From a virus (Duplodnaviria; Caudoviricetes): a stretch of 64,000 nucleotides of DNA. The notes under the pieces are model-generated. The model did no database searches. It was not told the origin of the DNA and saw only the letters and a program-made list of their open reading frames with translations. The position numbers were made by a program, and so were the translations under genes. Within the stretch, counting starts at the first letter, position 1, and each line of letters starts with the position of its first letter. The stretch lies in the IMG/VR virus record IMGVR_UViG_3300013713_000001, positions 165,110 to 229,109 of that record; one strand, given 5' to 3'. This document shows, piece by piece, positions 1-9,764 of the stretch.

Positions 1-511
1 GAAGCAATCGCTGGCTGAAGGCTGGGATCCGCAGTACCTCTCGGCTTACATCAATACCGCTGTGGCAGGCTCGTACAGCCGTTCCATGGCGACGGGTGAA
101 GGTGGTTCTCAGGTTAAGGAAACCCTGCGTCTGATCGGTCGTGCAGTTGTCTCGATGACCACCCCTGATTGCGGTTCTCCTTCGACTGAAACTGTACTGA
201 TCGCGAAGTCCAATAAGAAGTACTGGATTGGCGTCTACGCGGTGATTGGCAAGAAGGTTACCCTTATCACCAAGGACAACGTGGATAGTCTTGTAGGGAA
301 GCCTACGGAGGTTAGAACGAGTAATCGTTGCGTCCTTCCAGACGGCGAGTACTGCCAGACCTGTTGTGGTATTGGTCTCGGTGCTTATGGGGAACGACTG
401 AGCTCTGAGATTGTGTTGATCCCGACTCGCATGATGCTGGCCCGTATGAAAGCGGCTCACGTTGCGGGATCTAAGACTTCCGTGCTTGATCTCGATATCG
501 CTCTCAAATAA
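1..511 (+). CDS. Virion RNA polymerase beta'-like subunit, C-terminal part (phiKZ gp80-like); 5' truncated by window edge
   Basis: Frame is open from position 2 (KQSLAEGW...). Bridge-helix-like ATGEGGSQVK, DCGS and zinc-binding RC...CQTCCG motifs of beta' C-terminal region; position next to the helicase/nvRNAP block fits phiKZ-like synteny. Confidence 0.8.
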   Translation, partial: KQSLAEGWDPQYLSAYINTAVAGSYSRSMATGEGGSQVKETLRLIGRAVVSMTTPDCGSPSTETVLIAKSNKKYWIGVYAVIGKKVTLITKDNVDSLVGKPTEVRTSNRCVLPDGEYCQTCCGIGLGAYGERLSSEIVLIPTRMMLARMKAAHVAGSKTSVLDLDIALK

Positions 512-529
512 AAAAAAAACAGTCAACAG

Positions 530-555
530 CCCTCCCTACCGTCTGGTAGGGAGGG
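530..555. terminator. Hairpin between convergent genes (bidirectional terminator candidate)
   Basis: CCCTCCCTACC-gtct-GGTAGGGAGGG, 11-bp perfect stem; A10 tract at 510-519 gives a U tract on the minus strand. Confidence 0.75.
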
Positions 556-561
556 TTAGTC

Positions 562-1536
562 TTATGACTCGGTCTCTAGTAACTCATACTTCCAGGTGTG
601 ACCCTTATGACTAGCGGTTCTTCCGGCGATCATGTTCCCGATAGCTTCTGGATTGAATCCTAGCTCCTTGCACTTCTTCTTCCCAATGAAGGTAACTGTT
701 TCTCCTGTAAGGATATTAGTTCCAACAGTTCGATATTTAGCGATAGGGCAAGTTTCTTGGATATCCTTAAGAATATCATCAGGAATCGTCTTTGGAAGGA
801 CAGACTGTTCTTCTTCTGTCGCAAACGACCACTTACAGTTCCCATGTGACTTGAGAATGCCGTTAGCCGCGTTACTAGTTGCTGCCTGATCAAACCCATA
901 AAGCTCTAAGTGATAACCTCCAAAAACTACAAATTCGTAACCAATGTAGTCCCCTCTAATAATCCTGCCCTTTAGAGGTTTAGTCTTAGGGTGGTTCTTA
1001 CCAGAAACTTTTAACCCGGTTCTATAGGCATGTACTTCGTTTTCTGATTTGGTAGACCACTCTAAATCCAAGTAATTGTTTTTGCTCTTATCTCCCTTGG
1101 TATGGTTTACCTCCAAATCCTTTGGGTGCAGCCCCATTCGATCGTGATGCTCCTTTAGGGGAATGAAAGCACAGGCTACCATGCGATGGACAACCATATT
1201 CTTTTGCTCCCCATCCATTCCAACAACGATCTGAAGATAGCCGCTTTGGTTGAGCGTGGGGGTTACAAGCTTACCTATCCTTTTTGAGTAAATGTTGCCC
1301 TTGTTAGATATGAACCATCCGAAGGGCTGGATCGCGGCTTGACCGAGCTTATTTTTGGTCCGGAGTTCATGTTGGTAGTAAACTACGGGGAGGAATACTT
1401 CGTACTCGGGGTCTAACTTCAATCGTTCATCGAGACGTTGTTTAACCAACCCTAGGTTAAAGGGGAAGGAAGTCAGCCTATAGGCTTCCAATGACTCAGG
1501 GGTGTTGAACAAATCGTCAATGAAAAGCAGGTTCAT
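562..1536 (-). CDS. Free-standing HNH homing endonuclease
   Basis: VHRMVACAFIP...EVNHTKGDKSKNNYLDLEWSTKSENEVHAY is an HNH_3 signature, preceded by NUMOD4-like FISNKGNIYS...GY. Two C-terminal DNA-binding-like repeats. Visibly more AT-rich than core genes. Confidence 0.9.
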   Translation of the reverse strand: MNLLFIDDLFNTPESLEAYRLTSFPFNLGLVKQRLDERLKLDPEYEVFLPVVYYQHELRTKNKLGQAAIQPFGWFISNKGNIYSKRIGKLVTPTLNQSGYLQIVVGMDGEQKNMVVHRMVACAFIPLKEHHDRMGLHPKDLEVNHTKGDKSKNNYLDLEWSTKSENEVHAYRTGLKVSGKNHPKTKPLKGRIIRGDYIGYEFVVFGGYHLELYGFDQAATSNAANGILKSHGNCKWSFATEEEQSVLPKTIPDDILKDIQETCPIAKYRTVGTNILTGETVTFIGKKKCKELGFNPEAIGNMIAGRTASHKGHTWKYELLETES

Positions 1537-1554
1537 AAGCTAACTCTTGCTGGG

Positions 1555-1812
1555 TTACCGGTTTTTAGGACAATAGGGAAATACGGATTTAACCACGTCA
1601 CAGACCAGCTCAGTGTCATGTTCCTTTCCCAGTACGGCAGAGACGGGGAATTCTCCCAGTAGGGTTACCAGTGGATTAGCCGTCTTAGTAGCGGTGTGCT
1701 CGACGCGTTCTCTCCGTTCTTTGATCAGACTATCTCTTCTCTTCTGTTCACGCTCACGAAGGACAATAGCCCCCTTAGGACTAACACCGTGCTTAGATTT
1801 CTTCTTCTTCAT
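1555..1812 (-). CDS. Small basic hypothetical protein
   Basis: 85-aa ORF with GGAG RBS upstream; fills the gap between a hairpin and the HNH gene. Confidence 0.55.
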   Translation of the reverse strand: MKKKKSKHGVSPKGAIVLREREQKRRDSLIKERRERVEHTATKTANPLVTLLGEFPVSAVLGKEHDTELVCDVVKSVFPYCPKNR

Positions 1813-1835
1813 AAAACTCCAATAGAGACCTATTA

Positions 1836-1865
1836 CCCTCCTAGCCCTTGACGGGGCTAGGAGGG
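1836..1865 (-). terminator. Intergenic hairpin
   Basis: CCCTCCTAGCCC-ttgacg-GGGCTAGGAGGG, 12-bp stem, just after the 1885 stop. Confidence 0.65.
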
Positions 1866-1884
1866 CATTAAGAAGGACAACGGG

Positions 1885-2547
1885 TTACTTGACCGGCCAG
1901 GCGTTGCGAACGTTTTGCTGGAGCCGTTCGACGTAGGCTTCGCGCGACAGAGGATCGAGGTGCTTGAGGTACGCTTGGTGGGCTTGTACTTCGCTCGCTT
2001 CTTCGTCCGACATCGGTGGAACTTCTTCAGCGATGATGTTGCGCGCCGACTCGATGAGGCGGTTGGCACTGTCTTGCTCGACCAGGGGACTGAGGCTGAG
2101 GGTAGCCACGTTGCCGAGGTGGTTGCCCTTGACATTGACGCCGGTAGAGAACTTCGGATCAGTCACGAGCTTGTGGAACAGCAGGACTTCACCGACTTTG
2201 TTCGCGAAGGTGATCGACGACAGGGCGAGGACGAGCTTGTCGGAGATGAACTGGTACTTGTCTTCGACGTCGTAGTCTTCGGCAGTCGTGTCCACGCCGG
2301 CTTCTTTGTCGACCTGTTCCATGACATCGAGAACGCTACGGATAGCGCTATCCATGTCCAGTTCGGGGTCGTTCATGTGGTAGTAGTCGTCGCCACTTGC
2401 TTCGATCATGGCGTCCGGGTTGTTGATCATCTCCTTGCCCGCCAGGGTAATGGCTTCGAGAAGAATGAAGTCCACCAGATGGGGGTTGATGTCCGCGTAC
2501 AGTTCTTCGCGGGTATCCGGGTCCAGCTTAACGATAATGAACTCCAC
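1885..2547 (-). CDS. Acidic hypothetical protein
   Basis: 220-aa ORF with strong C/G3 codon bias and GAGG RBS; tightly packed behind the upstream gene. Confidence 0.75.
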   Translation of the reverse strand: MEFIIVKLDPDTREELYADINPHLVDFILLEAITLAGKEMINNPDAMIEASGDDYYHMNDPELDMDSAIRSVLDVMEQVDKEAGVDTTAEDYDVEDKYQFISDKLVLALSSITFANKVGEVLLFHKLVTDPKFSTGVNVKGNHLGNVATLSLSPLVEQDSANRLIESARNIIAEEVPPMSDEEASEVQAHQAYLKHLDPLSREAYVERLQQNVRNAWPVK

Positions 2548-2548
2548 T

Positions 2549-2950
2549 TTAAACCTCGACAGTCAGCATGATGGCATGTTCAGTGGCGGAACGCAGTTCC
2601 CACTTATGGCCTTGGTAGGGTTTGAGAGCAAAGAAATCTTCTTTGAACAAAGGATCCAGCTCAATACGATCGTAGAGGCTGTTCAGCTCCATCGCCTCGG
2701 ACTCGAAGTAATCGCGCTGCAACACCTCGGTATCGTAGAAAGGTGGTACCTTAATATGCTTCTGGAGTAACTCGGTCCGCATCTGCTTGAAGTCGAGGTT
2801 GTCCATGAAGGCACGGATCTTTTCAACCACCATGATCCTGAGGATAAAGGTCTTATCTGAGTTTTCCGTTGGCGAACCTGGAAGTCGGATGATAAGGACC
2901 TTTACATTGGTTTTCGTTTCGGGGTCATAACGTTGAGTACCCATCAGCAT
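2549..2950 (-). CDS. Hypothetical protein
   Basis: 133-aa ORF in a tightly packed operon with AGGAG RBS. Confidence 0.7.
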   Translation of the reverse strand: MLMGTQRYDPETKTNVKVLIIRLPGSPTENSDKTFILRIMVVEKIRAFMDNLDFKQMRTELLQKHIKVPPFYDTEVLQRDYFESEAMELNSLYDRIELDPLFKEDFFALKPYQGHKWELRSATEHAIMLTVEV

Positions 2951-3396
2951 TTAACTCCTTTGATAGAAAGCACCATGAAACCAGGGAGGTTACGCACTAC
3001 ATCCCACCGCTCAATGCTGTAATTAGTGGCGATATTGTCCAGCACTGTTCGGTTGGCCTCCATGATCCCCTCGATCGATTCGAAGATTTCAAGCTCGTAG
3101 CCGAGGCGTGAGTCACCTGGGTTGGCTAACACGGCCCAGTACTCGTCTTCGCTTGAGGTAATGGCCGGCAACCCGTTCTTGTCGAACAGGTGGTCTTCCA
3201 CAAAAGCTTCAACAAACTCTGGCTCGTGCCACTGCAATTCCTCAGTGCCCAAAGTAAAGGCACTTTTCTCGGACTTGCTAAAGCGAAAGAAATCATCCAA
3301 ACATTTAATCACGCCAATCTCACCGAGTGCACTGTTCGTGCCATTGCACTCGGTTCTTAACACTACCAGGAATTCACTGGTCAAATTAGGTAGCAT
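2944..3396 (-). CDS. Hypothetical protein
   Basis: 150-aa ORF overlapping the next gene by 7 nt. Confidence 0.7.
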   Translation of the reverse strand: MLPNLTSEFLVVLRTECNGTNSALGEIGVIKCLDDFFRFSKSEKSAFTLGTEELQWHEPEFVEAFVEDHLFDKNGLPAITSSEDEYWAVLANPGDSRLGYELEIFESIEGIMEANRTVLDNIATNYSIERWDVVRNLPGFMVLSIKGVKC

Positions 3397-3431
3397 GTTA
3401 GATCACCCACAAAAAGAGGAAACGCTCCAGA

Positions 3432-4958
3432 TTACTCCAGAGCGCAGTCCAGGTTCATCCGCTTGAACGACTTGGACTTGGCCGCAAAAGCAGTTTTACG
3501 TTTGTCCATACACGCCAGGTGTTTATCAATGTCTACGCAGACCCCAAAGATGAAGGCAGGAGTAATCCTCCCATCAAACAGCTTGAGCAGTTCACGCAGA
3601 CGACCGATCATCTGACGGTTGGTTTGTGTTGAAAACACCGTATGGCTACAGAATACACGTACCAGTCCCGGAATGTCTTTACCGGTACCGCAGCTACCCT
3701 GCGTCGTGAAGAGTATTTCGTGCTTCTTGTACTTCTCCTTGTCCTTCTCTTCACTGGCCAGGAACGTTTCCATATCCCATCCTGGATATTTCTTAAGGAA
3801 ACGTTTTTGCATCTCTTTGCACATCTGCTTACGAGAGAAGAAGAACAGGGCTTTCGTTCCCTCCTCCCGGATTGGGACGTACCACTCTTCAAACGCCTTG
3901 TACCAGAGTTCAAAGAAGAAATCAGTCAATTCCTTCGAGGCGAGAATGCTTTCCTCAAAGACCTTGTCATCATAGGCCCCATAACGCTCCCACTTGACCT
4001 TGTGCTTGCGCAGGTTGATCTTGTAGAGGTAGGCTATGGTGTCGATGTAATGTTGCGCATTCGCTTCCCTGAGGCGTGTAGCGACTGGATACAGCCACTC
4101 GTAGACCCGGTTAACAAAGGCATCATCTGATCTCAGTGTGGCAGACAAGACGTAGGTCATCTTCAGGTTGCCGTACATCAGTGAAGAGAACACTTGGTGG
4201 ATAGCCTCGTGACCTTCTTCAATAATGCGGGTACCTGGTCGAATCGCTCTAAAGACGTCATCCAAGTCCAGTGGCTCTGGGATCTCCTTCTTCCGGAGGA
4301 AGGGTTCAATCCGAGACATGGGCAGGATCACGATCTTTGGGTTCACCGTGCCGTTGTTAAAGGCATCGACCAACTTTGGCAAGGGGTGTTCCCACACTAA
4401 CAAATCACCAGGTTCCAGCTTAAGGAACTTGTTGAGCTCCCCTCGCCAGATGGGGATGTACCGCGGGGCCATGGTGATCACGGTACGATAGCCACGTTTA
4501 GCCATCGCATAGATCGACATGTAACCCTTACCACCCCCTGTGTTATCGTTGTTGATCTTCAGGTAGCCATCAGTCAACATGTAATCTGTCCACTCAACCT
4601 GGTTAGGCCGGGGGACATCGAAACCGTCCTGGAAGGTAAAGTCTACCTTAACAGGTTCAATGATGGGTTCTTCAACAATGGTCATACGACCACGGTCATA
4701 ACCTCGGTAAACAGCAAACTCCAAGAACTGGTTCAACAGACTTGAAGAGAAACGGTACTCGGTCTTGTCGTGGTTAGAACGGGCAAAGACATGATCAATG
4801 ACACGTTCCATCTGACGGGTCTGGCCGTTAGGACGCATTCCCATCTGGTACATGTGAATCCGGCAAAACGGTTTTATAACGTTTGTAACAAATTCCGGAT
4901 GGTAATCAAAGATCCTTAGGTAGTGATACCCTTTACTAATCGTGACTGTCTTACGCAT
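3432..4958 (-). CDS. Superfamily 2 helicase (phiKZ gp75-like)
   Basis: Walker A-like TGGGKG, Walker B-like IIEEGHE, motif III LSAT, motif V GTGKDIPGL, motif VI QMIGRLR. Directly follows nvRNAP beta'-C as in phiKZ-like phages. Confidence 0.85.
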   Translation of the reverse strand: MRKTVTISKGYHYLRIFDYHPEFVTNVIKPFCRIHMYQMGMRPNGQTRQMERVIDHVFARSNHDKTEYRFSSSLLNQFLEFAVYRGYDRGRMTIVEEPIIEPVKVDFTFQDGFDVPRPNQVEWTDYMLTDGYLKINNDNTGGGKGYMSIYAMAKRGYRTVITMAPRYIPIWRGELNKFLKLEPGDLLVWEHPLPKLVDAFNNGTVNPKIVILPMSRIEPFLRKKEIPEPLDLDDVFRAIRPGTRIIEEGHEAIHQVFSSLMYGNLKMTYVLSATLRSDDAFVNRVYEWLYPVATRLREANAQHYIDTIAYLYKINLRKHKVKWERYGAYDDKVFEESILASKELTDFFFELWYKAFEEWYVPIREEGTKALFFFSRKQMCKEMQKRFLKKYPGWDMETFLASEEKDKEKYKKHEILFTTQGSCGTGKDIPGLVRVFCSHTVFSTQTNRQMIGRLRELLKLFDGRITPAFIFGVCVDIDKHLACMDKRKTAFAAKSKSFKRMNLDCALE

Positions 4959-5034
4959 AACGACCTCTTAAGTCGGTGGGAGGAGCCCCCTTTCGAGAGC
5001 TCCATCCGGTTTAAGCAGCCGCTAAACTGAAAGG

Positions 5035-7050
5035 TTATCCAACACCTAGACTAAAGAAACTTTCCAACGGGCTACCTTGACGGTTGACCATACGGAAGGT
5101 TTTCATCTTGTTCAGCACGTTCTGCTGTCGCTCGTAGATCATCAGGTGACCAATACCACGGCCCACTACGCACTCCTCAAAGCTCGAGAAGTACTTGGGT
5201 ACATCGCCGGGTGGAATGGAAGCGTCGATACCGCCTGGAGTTGCTGTCAAACAGCAGTACAACATGACCTCCGGGTGCACGATGTTGATCCCCTTGATCT
5301 CTTGCGCGATAAGTGACCAGTACTCGGTCAGTACCTCGCCAAAGACCTTTGGTGTAACCACCTGATTTTTCCACGTGGAGTTACGCTTGCTAAAGGTGAT
5401 GAAACTCTCTACACGAGCACGGTGAGCATCCAAGTCTTCGCGGATGAACGGAAGGCTAAACACAGGCTCCAGTACATTCCAGTGACTCAGGTCGATCTTG
5501 ATATGCTTCTTCCCAAGGGTATCCCAGCCGTGTTCCAACACATACCGGAGGAATTCCAAAGAGAACCGTGCTTTACGAGAGGAGATCGATGTATGGGCAG
5601 CGTGTTGCTGGATCGTTTTACCGCCCATCATGATATCTTCAACCGCATAACGGAAGGTCACTTCAGCAAAGTAAGGCAGCTTCTCCAGACTCACGGCGCT
5701 CAGATCACCCAAGGAACGGATGTCCGATAGGACGTTAACAATGTCTGCTCCCAAGACCATGTCACAACCAGGTTCGATGACCTCGGGATTCAAGAAGATC
5801 TCATCGCCATTACTGGAGATGATATTCGTGTCCCGCTTGTGCGGAACGAACTGCCGTGTGATCGCATTCCTGATGAAGTGTTTAGTGGAGAGCATCCCCT
5901 GACCCATTGGGTTACAGATAGAGGTAGCCGACCACATACCCACGTTAGCAATCTTGTCCATCATCTGGTTAAACGGGATCGACGTTGCCATCATCCCGTA
6001 ACATGTTCCACAAGGAACCCCGCTATCACGAGAGTTACAGAACGCAATCGAACGAACGTAGACCGTTTCCCCTACCTTGATATCCCAGACATTCTCGTTG
6101 TCAATGAGCTCGAGGTTACCTGCTGGCATCTCACGCCATTTACCTCTGAGGCCCATGGCCACGTTCATGTTGGCGATCTTGATAGGAACACAGATCCTTG
6201 TTCCACAATCCCAACCGAATTGCATGCCACGCACAACTGCGGTCAAGATATGGGTCTTGCGGTGGAATAACTCTGAATCCTTCAACGCTTTACCGTTGTT
6301 GGTCAGGGCTTTACCCGAGGCGTTTTTCTCACCCAGGGAGTCCGCCAGGTTGGTGATGCCGTGTGCATAAGGTACCGACACAGCGTTAGGGTGAATCGTG
6401 TTGTTCAAGCTAAACACGCCACCCCGCATCACAGACAACTGATACGCCTGGTTGACACTCACGCCACCGGTCCTGGCAAGCATCGCCATGACGTTATGGT
6501 CAAGACTCTCGGCCGACTTGATGTGGGCGTTAAACTTCTCTTCGCCTTCATCAATCGAGATCTTCTTGTTGAGGATCTCGTCACGGATCTCCATGACCCC
6601 TTCATCCGCCATGAGGTCACCGACGGATTCAGCCGAGGCCGACAACGAGGAACCTTCGCCCATTACTACAGACTGGTTATGTAACTTATTTTGCCAGATG
6701 TGAATCAGACGCTTGATGTCATCGATCTCCTTGAGGTTCCTAATCCCAGGGAGCAGCTTCGCCAGCATGTAGTTGATAGGGATCGCCTGGACGTCATCGT
6801 CGTAGGTAATCATCTTGCCTTTGTTGGCTTCTACCTTATTCGACGGGATCAGCTCCTTGACCGAATAAGGGATGTGGTCATAGTGACGGTGAATGATCAA
6901 CCCCAACCAGGTCAACATCAGGACGTAGGTGTCAGAATCAACACTTACGCCCTCATCGTCGGTCACCGTTACCGGGCAGCGGTAGCCTCGCCAACGCAGC
7001 ATCACTTCTTCAGGCAGATTGGCCCATTCGCGAAGACTGACCTGCATCAT
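5035..7050 (-). CDS. Non-virion RNA polymerase beta'-like subunit, C-terminal part (phiKZ gp74-like)
   Basis: DCGT, RSIAFC...PCGTCYG zinc site, trigger-loop-like GQGMLSTKH. ATGA-coupled to the beta-C gene. Confidence 0.88.
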   Translation of the reverse strand: MMQVSLREWANLPEEVMLRWRGYRCPVTVTDDEGVSVDSDTYVLMLTWLGLIIHRHYDHIPYSVKELIPSNKVEANKGKMITYDDDVQAIPINYMLAKLLPGIRNLKEIDDIKRLIHIWQNKLHNQSVVMGEGSSLSASAESVGDLMADEGVMEIRDEILNKKISIDEGEEKFNAHIKSAESLDHNVMAMLARTGGVSVNQAYQLSVMRGGVFSLNNTIHPNAVSVPYAHGITNLADSLGEKNASGKALTNNGKALKDSELFHRKTHILTAVVRGMQFGWDCGTRICVPIKIANMNVAMGLRGKWREMPAGNLELIDNENVWDIKVGETVYVRSIAFCNSRDSGVPCGTCYGMMATSIPFNQMMDKIANVGMWSATSICNPMGQGMLSTKHFIRNAITRQFVPHKRDTNIISSNGDEIFLNPEVIEPGCDMVLGADIVNVLSDIRSLGDLSAVSLEKLPYFAEVTFRYAVEDIMMGGKTIQQHAAHTSISSRKARFSLEFLRYVLEHGWDTLGKKHIKIDLSHWNVLEPVFSLPFIREDLDAHRARVESFITFSKRNSTWKNQVVTPKVFGEVLTEYWSLIAQEIKGINIVHPEVMLYCCLTATPGGIDASIPPGDVPKYFSSFEECVVGRGIGHLMIYERQQNVLNKMKTFRMVNRQGSPLESFFSLGVG

Positions 7051-9302
7051 GAAGGAGTGTCCTCAGGTTGATTCTTTTTAAGTTCGGCTTCCTTGGCACT
7101 CAGCTCAGACAGGAGACCACCCAATCGGCTCTCATTGTAGCCTTGGAGATGTTCGTAGCTGACACGGTCACTCGGTCGTTCATGCCGCAACGATAGCCCC
7201 GAGTCTTTCATCATGCTGACGGACATGTTCAATGCGCGGTTATTCACATATTCCTCCGGCTTAATAATCTGAGGGATATTCAATGGGTCGTTAGCCCTTA
7301 CCCAGCGTCGAACTGCACTGATGCGGTTCTCAGGCGAATACGCAAGCGACAACAGTTTCACCACCTCTTGACCACCCGACTGACTGGTTACCCAGCGACC
7401 CTCGGTCTCGGCGGTGTTCTTGTTGTTCTTGTCGTTCATCGGCAACCCATAACGGTCCGAGTCACTCATCTTCGCCGCCATACCAAAGAGGTTAGACTTT
7501 GGCATGCACTGCGCACTCATGTCGCTACCGAACTTATCCAAGAGGATGAGGTCCTGCACGCTGATCATGATGGGGTTGGCTGTCTCTTGCAGTTCACCCA
7601 AGGAGTTGACCCAGGTTGCTTTCTGGGGCTGGTACTTGTAACGCTCGCGTAGCTTGTTAATAAGGTTGACGCCAAACAACTTCGAGTTACTGAGAACGTG
7701 GATGGAAATGTTCTTCTTGCTGACGTTGTCAATGTACTCGATCATGTCCTCTTCTTCCTCAGTCGCCAATTTAAACATCTCGGCGAACTCAGGGAAGCCC
7801 TGATCAAAGTACTCCATCAACTTCCGGTGTGCCGTGCGATAGTCGCCTTGCTTGCGCAGGTGCTGCACTTCACGGTGGATGTGCATGGTCAGGAAGTTGA
7901 TACTCAACTCCAGCAACAATGCGTAGATCTGACGACGGAAGGCCGGAATGTTGTTAAGGATCACCTCGGCAGTTGTTCCATCCGCATAACGCGGTGCGTG
8001 GCTATCCGGAATGATCTGAATGACCACACCCTTGTCACCGTTCAACCCTGACAGTTTCCACTTGACCCGACCGGTCATGCGCTGCTTGAGTTCAATGGTG
8101 ACGTTCCAGTCCTTGTACTTCTCCCGCTTGATCGAACGATACAGTGGGTTGGTGCGACCGGAGCGATTGGTGTAGTTACCGTAGGCTTCACGGATAAAGG
8201 TGTTGAGCTTGTGGGTCATGGCAATCTTGCCGTCACGACTCAAGCGAACCTTACCTTCGTACCACTGCAGGACCGCGTTCCACATCTCGTTACGCCGACG
8301 CTCGTAACGGTCCAGCATCTGGTTGTGACGCTGGGGGATGTAGGTGGTGTTGCGGTTGTTGGCTTTGTTCTTGCTCCGATCCGAGTCCACATGAACCGCT
8401 TTAACTTCACAGTCCCGTGGCGCATAGAGCAAGTGATCGTAGGTGGGGTCAGGTTCACGCAAGGCCTTCTTGGTAAGACTGACCAGTGCGTTCTCCTTGA
8501 TCCGTTTCCGGAAGCCCATCACGATACCGTCTGAACGAATCGGTTCACCTGGTGCTGGGAAGGGGGATGGGTTCTCATCGGTGCCGTACAGCATCAATGG
8601 AATGTACTCGTCTTCGTTCCAGTTGAAGGCGCGGGTGTGTTTAAACATGCACGCACATCGCTCAGCAAACGACTCGGTGATAACGATGCCGTCCTCTTCC
8701 GTCCGGTGGTCGGAATAAGCGGCTACCCGTGTCGGCATGGAGAAGCGCCAGATGCCGTCTTCGTCGATCCGTGGGCTCTGGGCAAAGATAGTGCCTTTCG
8801 GCAACCAAGCGCCTTGCTTAAGCTTGCGCAGGACGTCTTTGTCATAGACGTACTCCCAGCCCACGCTTGTGTTCTGGGTGTGGTAGGTGGGAAGTTCGAG
8901 AAGGTCGTACGCGTTCTTCTCATCGTTCTTGTAAATGATGTAGGTCGGTTGCCAATCGTCGCTGTTCTTTTCCGAATCCAAGCTCTGGATGTAGAAGAGT
9001 TCCTCAACGATCATGTTGCTGGGAGCGACCACCTTGCGTGATGTCTTGCCGTACTTCCGTTCGTTACCACTCATGAGCCAACGAACATCCGCACCTTCGG
9101 TCGGTACAGACTTGGGAATCATGTTACCGGCCATGTACATACGACCAGCCGAGCTGCACATGGGGAAAACAATCAAGTTACTACTAACACCAATCAGCGC
9201 TGGGTGCAGTTGGTTCTCACCGCATTCGTACTTGTAACGAACACCATCTGCAATACCCGTTAAGTTAAATTCGAACTCATTCATTAAAGACCTCTTAGAC
9301 AT
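7047..9302 (-). CDS. Non-virion RNA polymerase beta-like subunit, C-terminal part (phiKZ gp71-73-like, uninterrupted)
   Basis: SSAGRMYM, TEEDGIVI and KLSGLNGDKGVV (beta GDK...GxKG motif); synteny with gp74-like gene. Confidence 0.88.
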   Translation of the reverse strand: MSKRSLMNEFEFNLTGIADGVRYKYECGENQLHPALIGVSSNLIVFPMCSSAGRMYMAGNMIPKSVPTEGADVRWLMSGNERKYGKTSRKVVAPSNMIVEELFYIQSLDSEKNSDDWQPTYIIYKNDEKNAYDLLELPTYHTQNTSVGWEYVYDKDVLRKLKQGAWLPKGTIFAQSPRIDEDGIWRFSMPTRVAAYSDHRTEEDGIVITESFAERCACMFKHTRAFNWNEDEYIPLMLYGTDENPSPFPAPGEPIRSDGIVMGFRKRIKENALVSLTKKALREPDPTYDHLLYAPRDCEVKAVHVDSDRSKNKANNRNTTYIPQRHNQMLDRYERRRNEMWNAVLQWYEGKVRLSRDGKIAMTHKLNTFIREAYGNYTNRSGRTNPLYRSIKREKYKDWNVTIELKQRMTGRVKWKLSGLNGDKGVVIQIIPDSHAPRYADGTTAEVILNNIPAFRRQIYALLLELSINFLTMHIHREVQHLRKQGDYRTAHRKLMEYFDQGFPEFAEMFKLATEEEEDMIEYIDNVSKKNISIHVLSNSKLFGVNLINKLRERYKYQPQKATWVNSLGELQETANPIMISVQDLILLDKFGSDMSAQCMPKSNLFGMAAKMSDSDRYGLPMNDKNNKNTAETEGRWVTSQSGGQEVVKLLSLAYSPENRISAVRRWVRANDPLNIPQIIKPEEYVNNRALNMSVSMMKDSGLSLRHERPSDRVSYEHLQGYNESRLGGLLSELSAKEAELKKNQPEDTPS

Positions 9303-9320
9303 CAGGGTATAGGTTCAGAA

Positions 9321-9340
9321 AGATAATATAGGTTTAAATT
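9321..9340 (-). promoter_or_regulatory. phiKZ-type early promoter
   Basis: Minus strand reads AAACCTATATTATC; one of 8 copies of the ACCTATATTAC motif, upstream of nvRNAP beta-C. Confidence 0.6.
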
Positions 9341-9366
9341 ATCTTGACCCTACTGAAAGGTTACTT

Positions 9367-9696
9367 ATGCCCATTGCCAACAATGACTTTAGCAACGGTA
9401 AGGACGTCTTCTATACCGAACGATACAAAACACTGGTTCGTTCGGAGCTGGAGTTGATTCGCAAGGAGGCTTCGTATTTTCCCAACGTGATTCCCGCTGT
9501 ACAGCAAGCGTACAAGAATGACTTCTATCGCTTGTTGCGTTCGTTGGGGGTTCCTTCCTATCTGTGGTGGACAACCGCCTACATCAATGGAATTACTGAT
9601 CCCTTTGAAGACATCAGTGGCTTGACCCTGATCTACCAGGTAAGCGAAGATGCATTAAACGCGCGCATTGCACGTAATAATACATCCAGAGCATAA
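9367..9696 (+). CDS. Small protein, possibly LysM/baseplate-wedge-like
   Basis: 109-aa ORF with AAGG RBS. DFYRLLRSLGVPSYLWWTTAYINGITDP resembles the LysM-like LWW..A..N.I.DP pattern; fold call is tentative. Confidence 0.6.
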   Translation: MPIANNDFSNGKDVFYTERYKTLVRSELELIRKEASYFPNVIPAVQQAYKNDFYRLLRSLGVPSYLWWTTAYINGITDPFEDISGLTLIYQVSEDALNARIARNNTSRA

Positions 9697-9720
9697 AAAT
9701 AGTGGGAAAGGACAAAAAAT

Positions 9721-9753
9721 AATAACCAGCAGGGTCGCCCCCTGCTGGTTATT
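9721..9753. terminator. Hairpin between convergent genes
   Basis: AATAACCAGCAGGG-tcgcc-CCCTGCTGGTTATT, 14-bp stem. Confidence 0.75.
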
Positions 9754-9764
9754 AATGCTACCTG

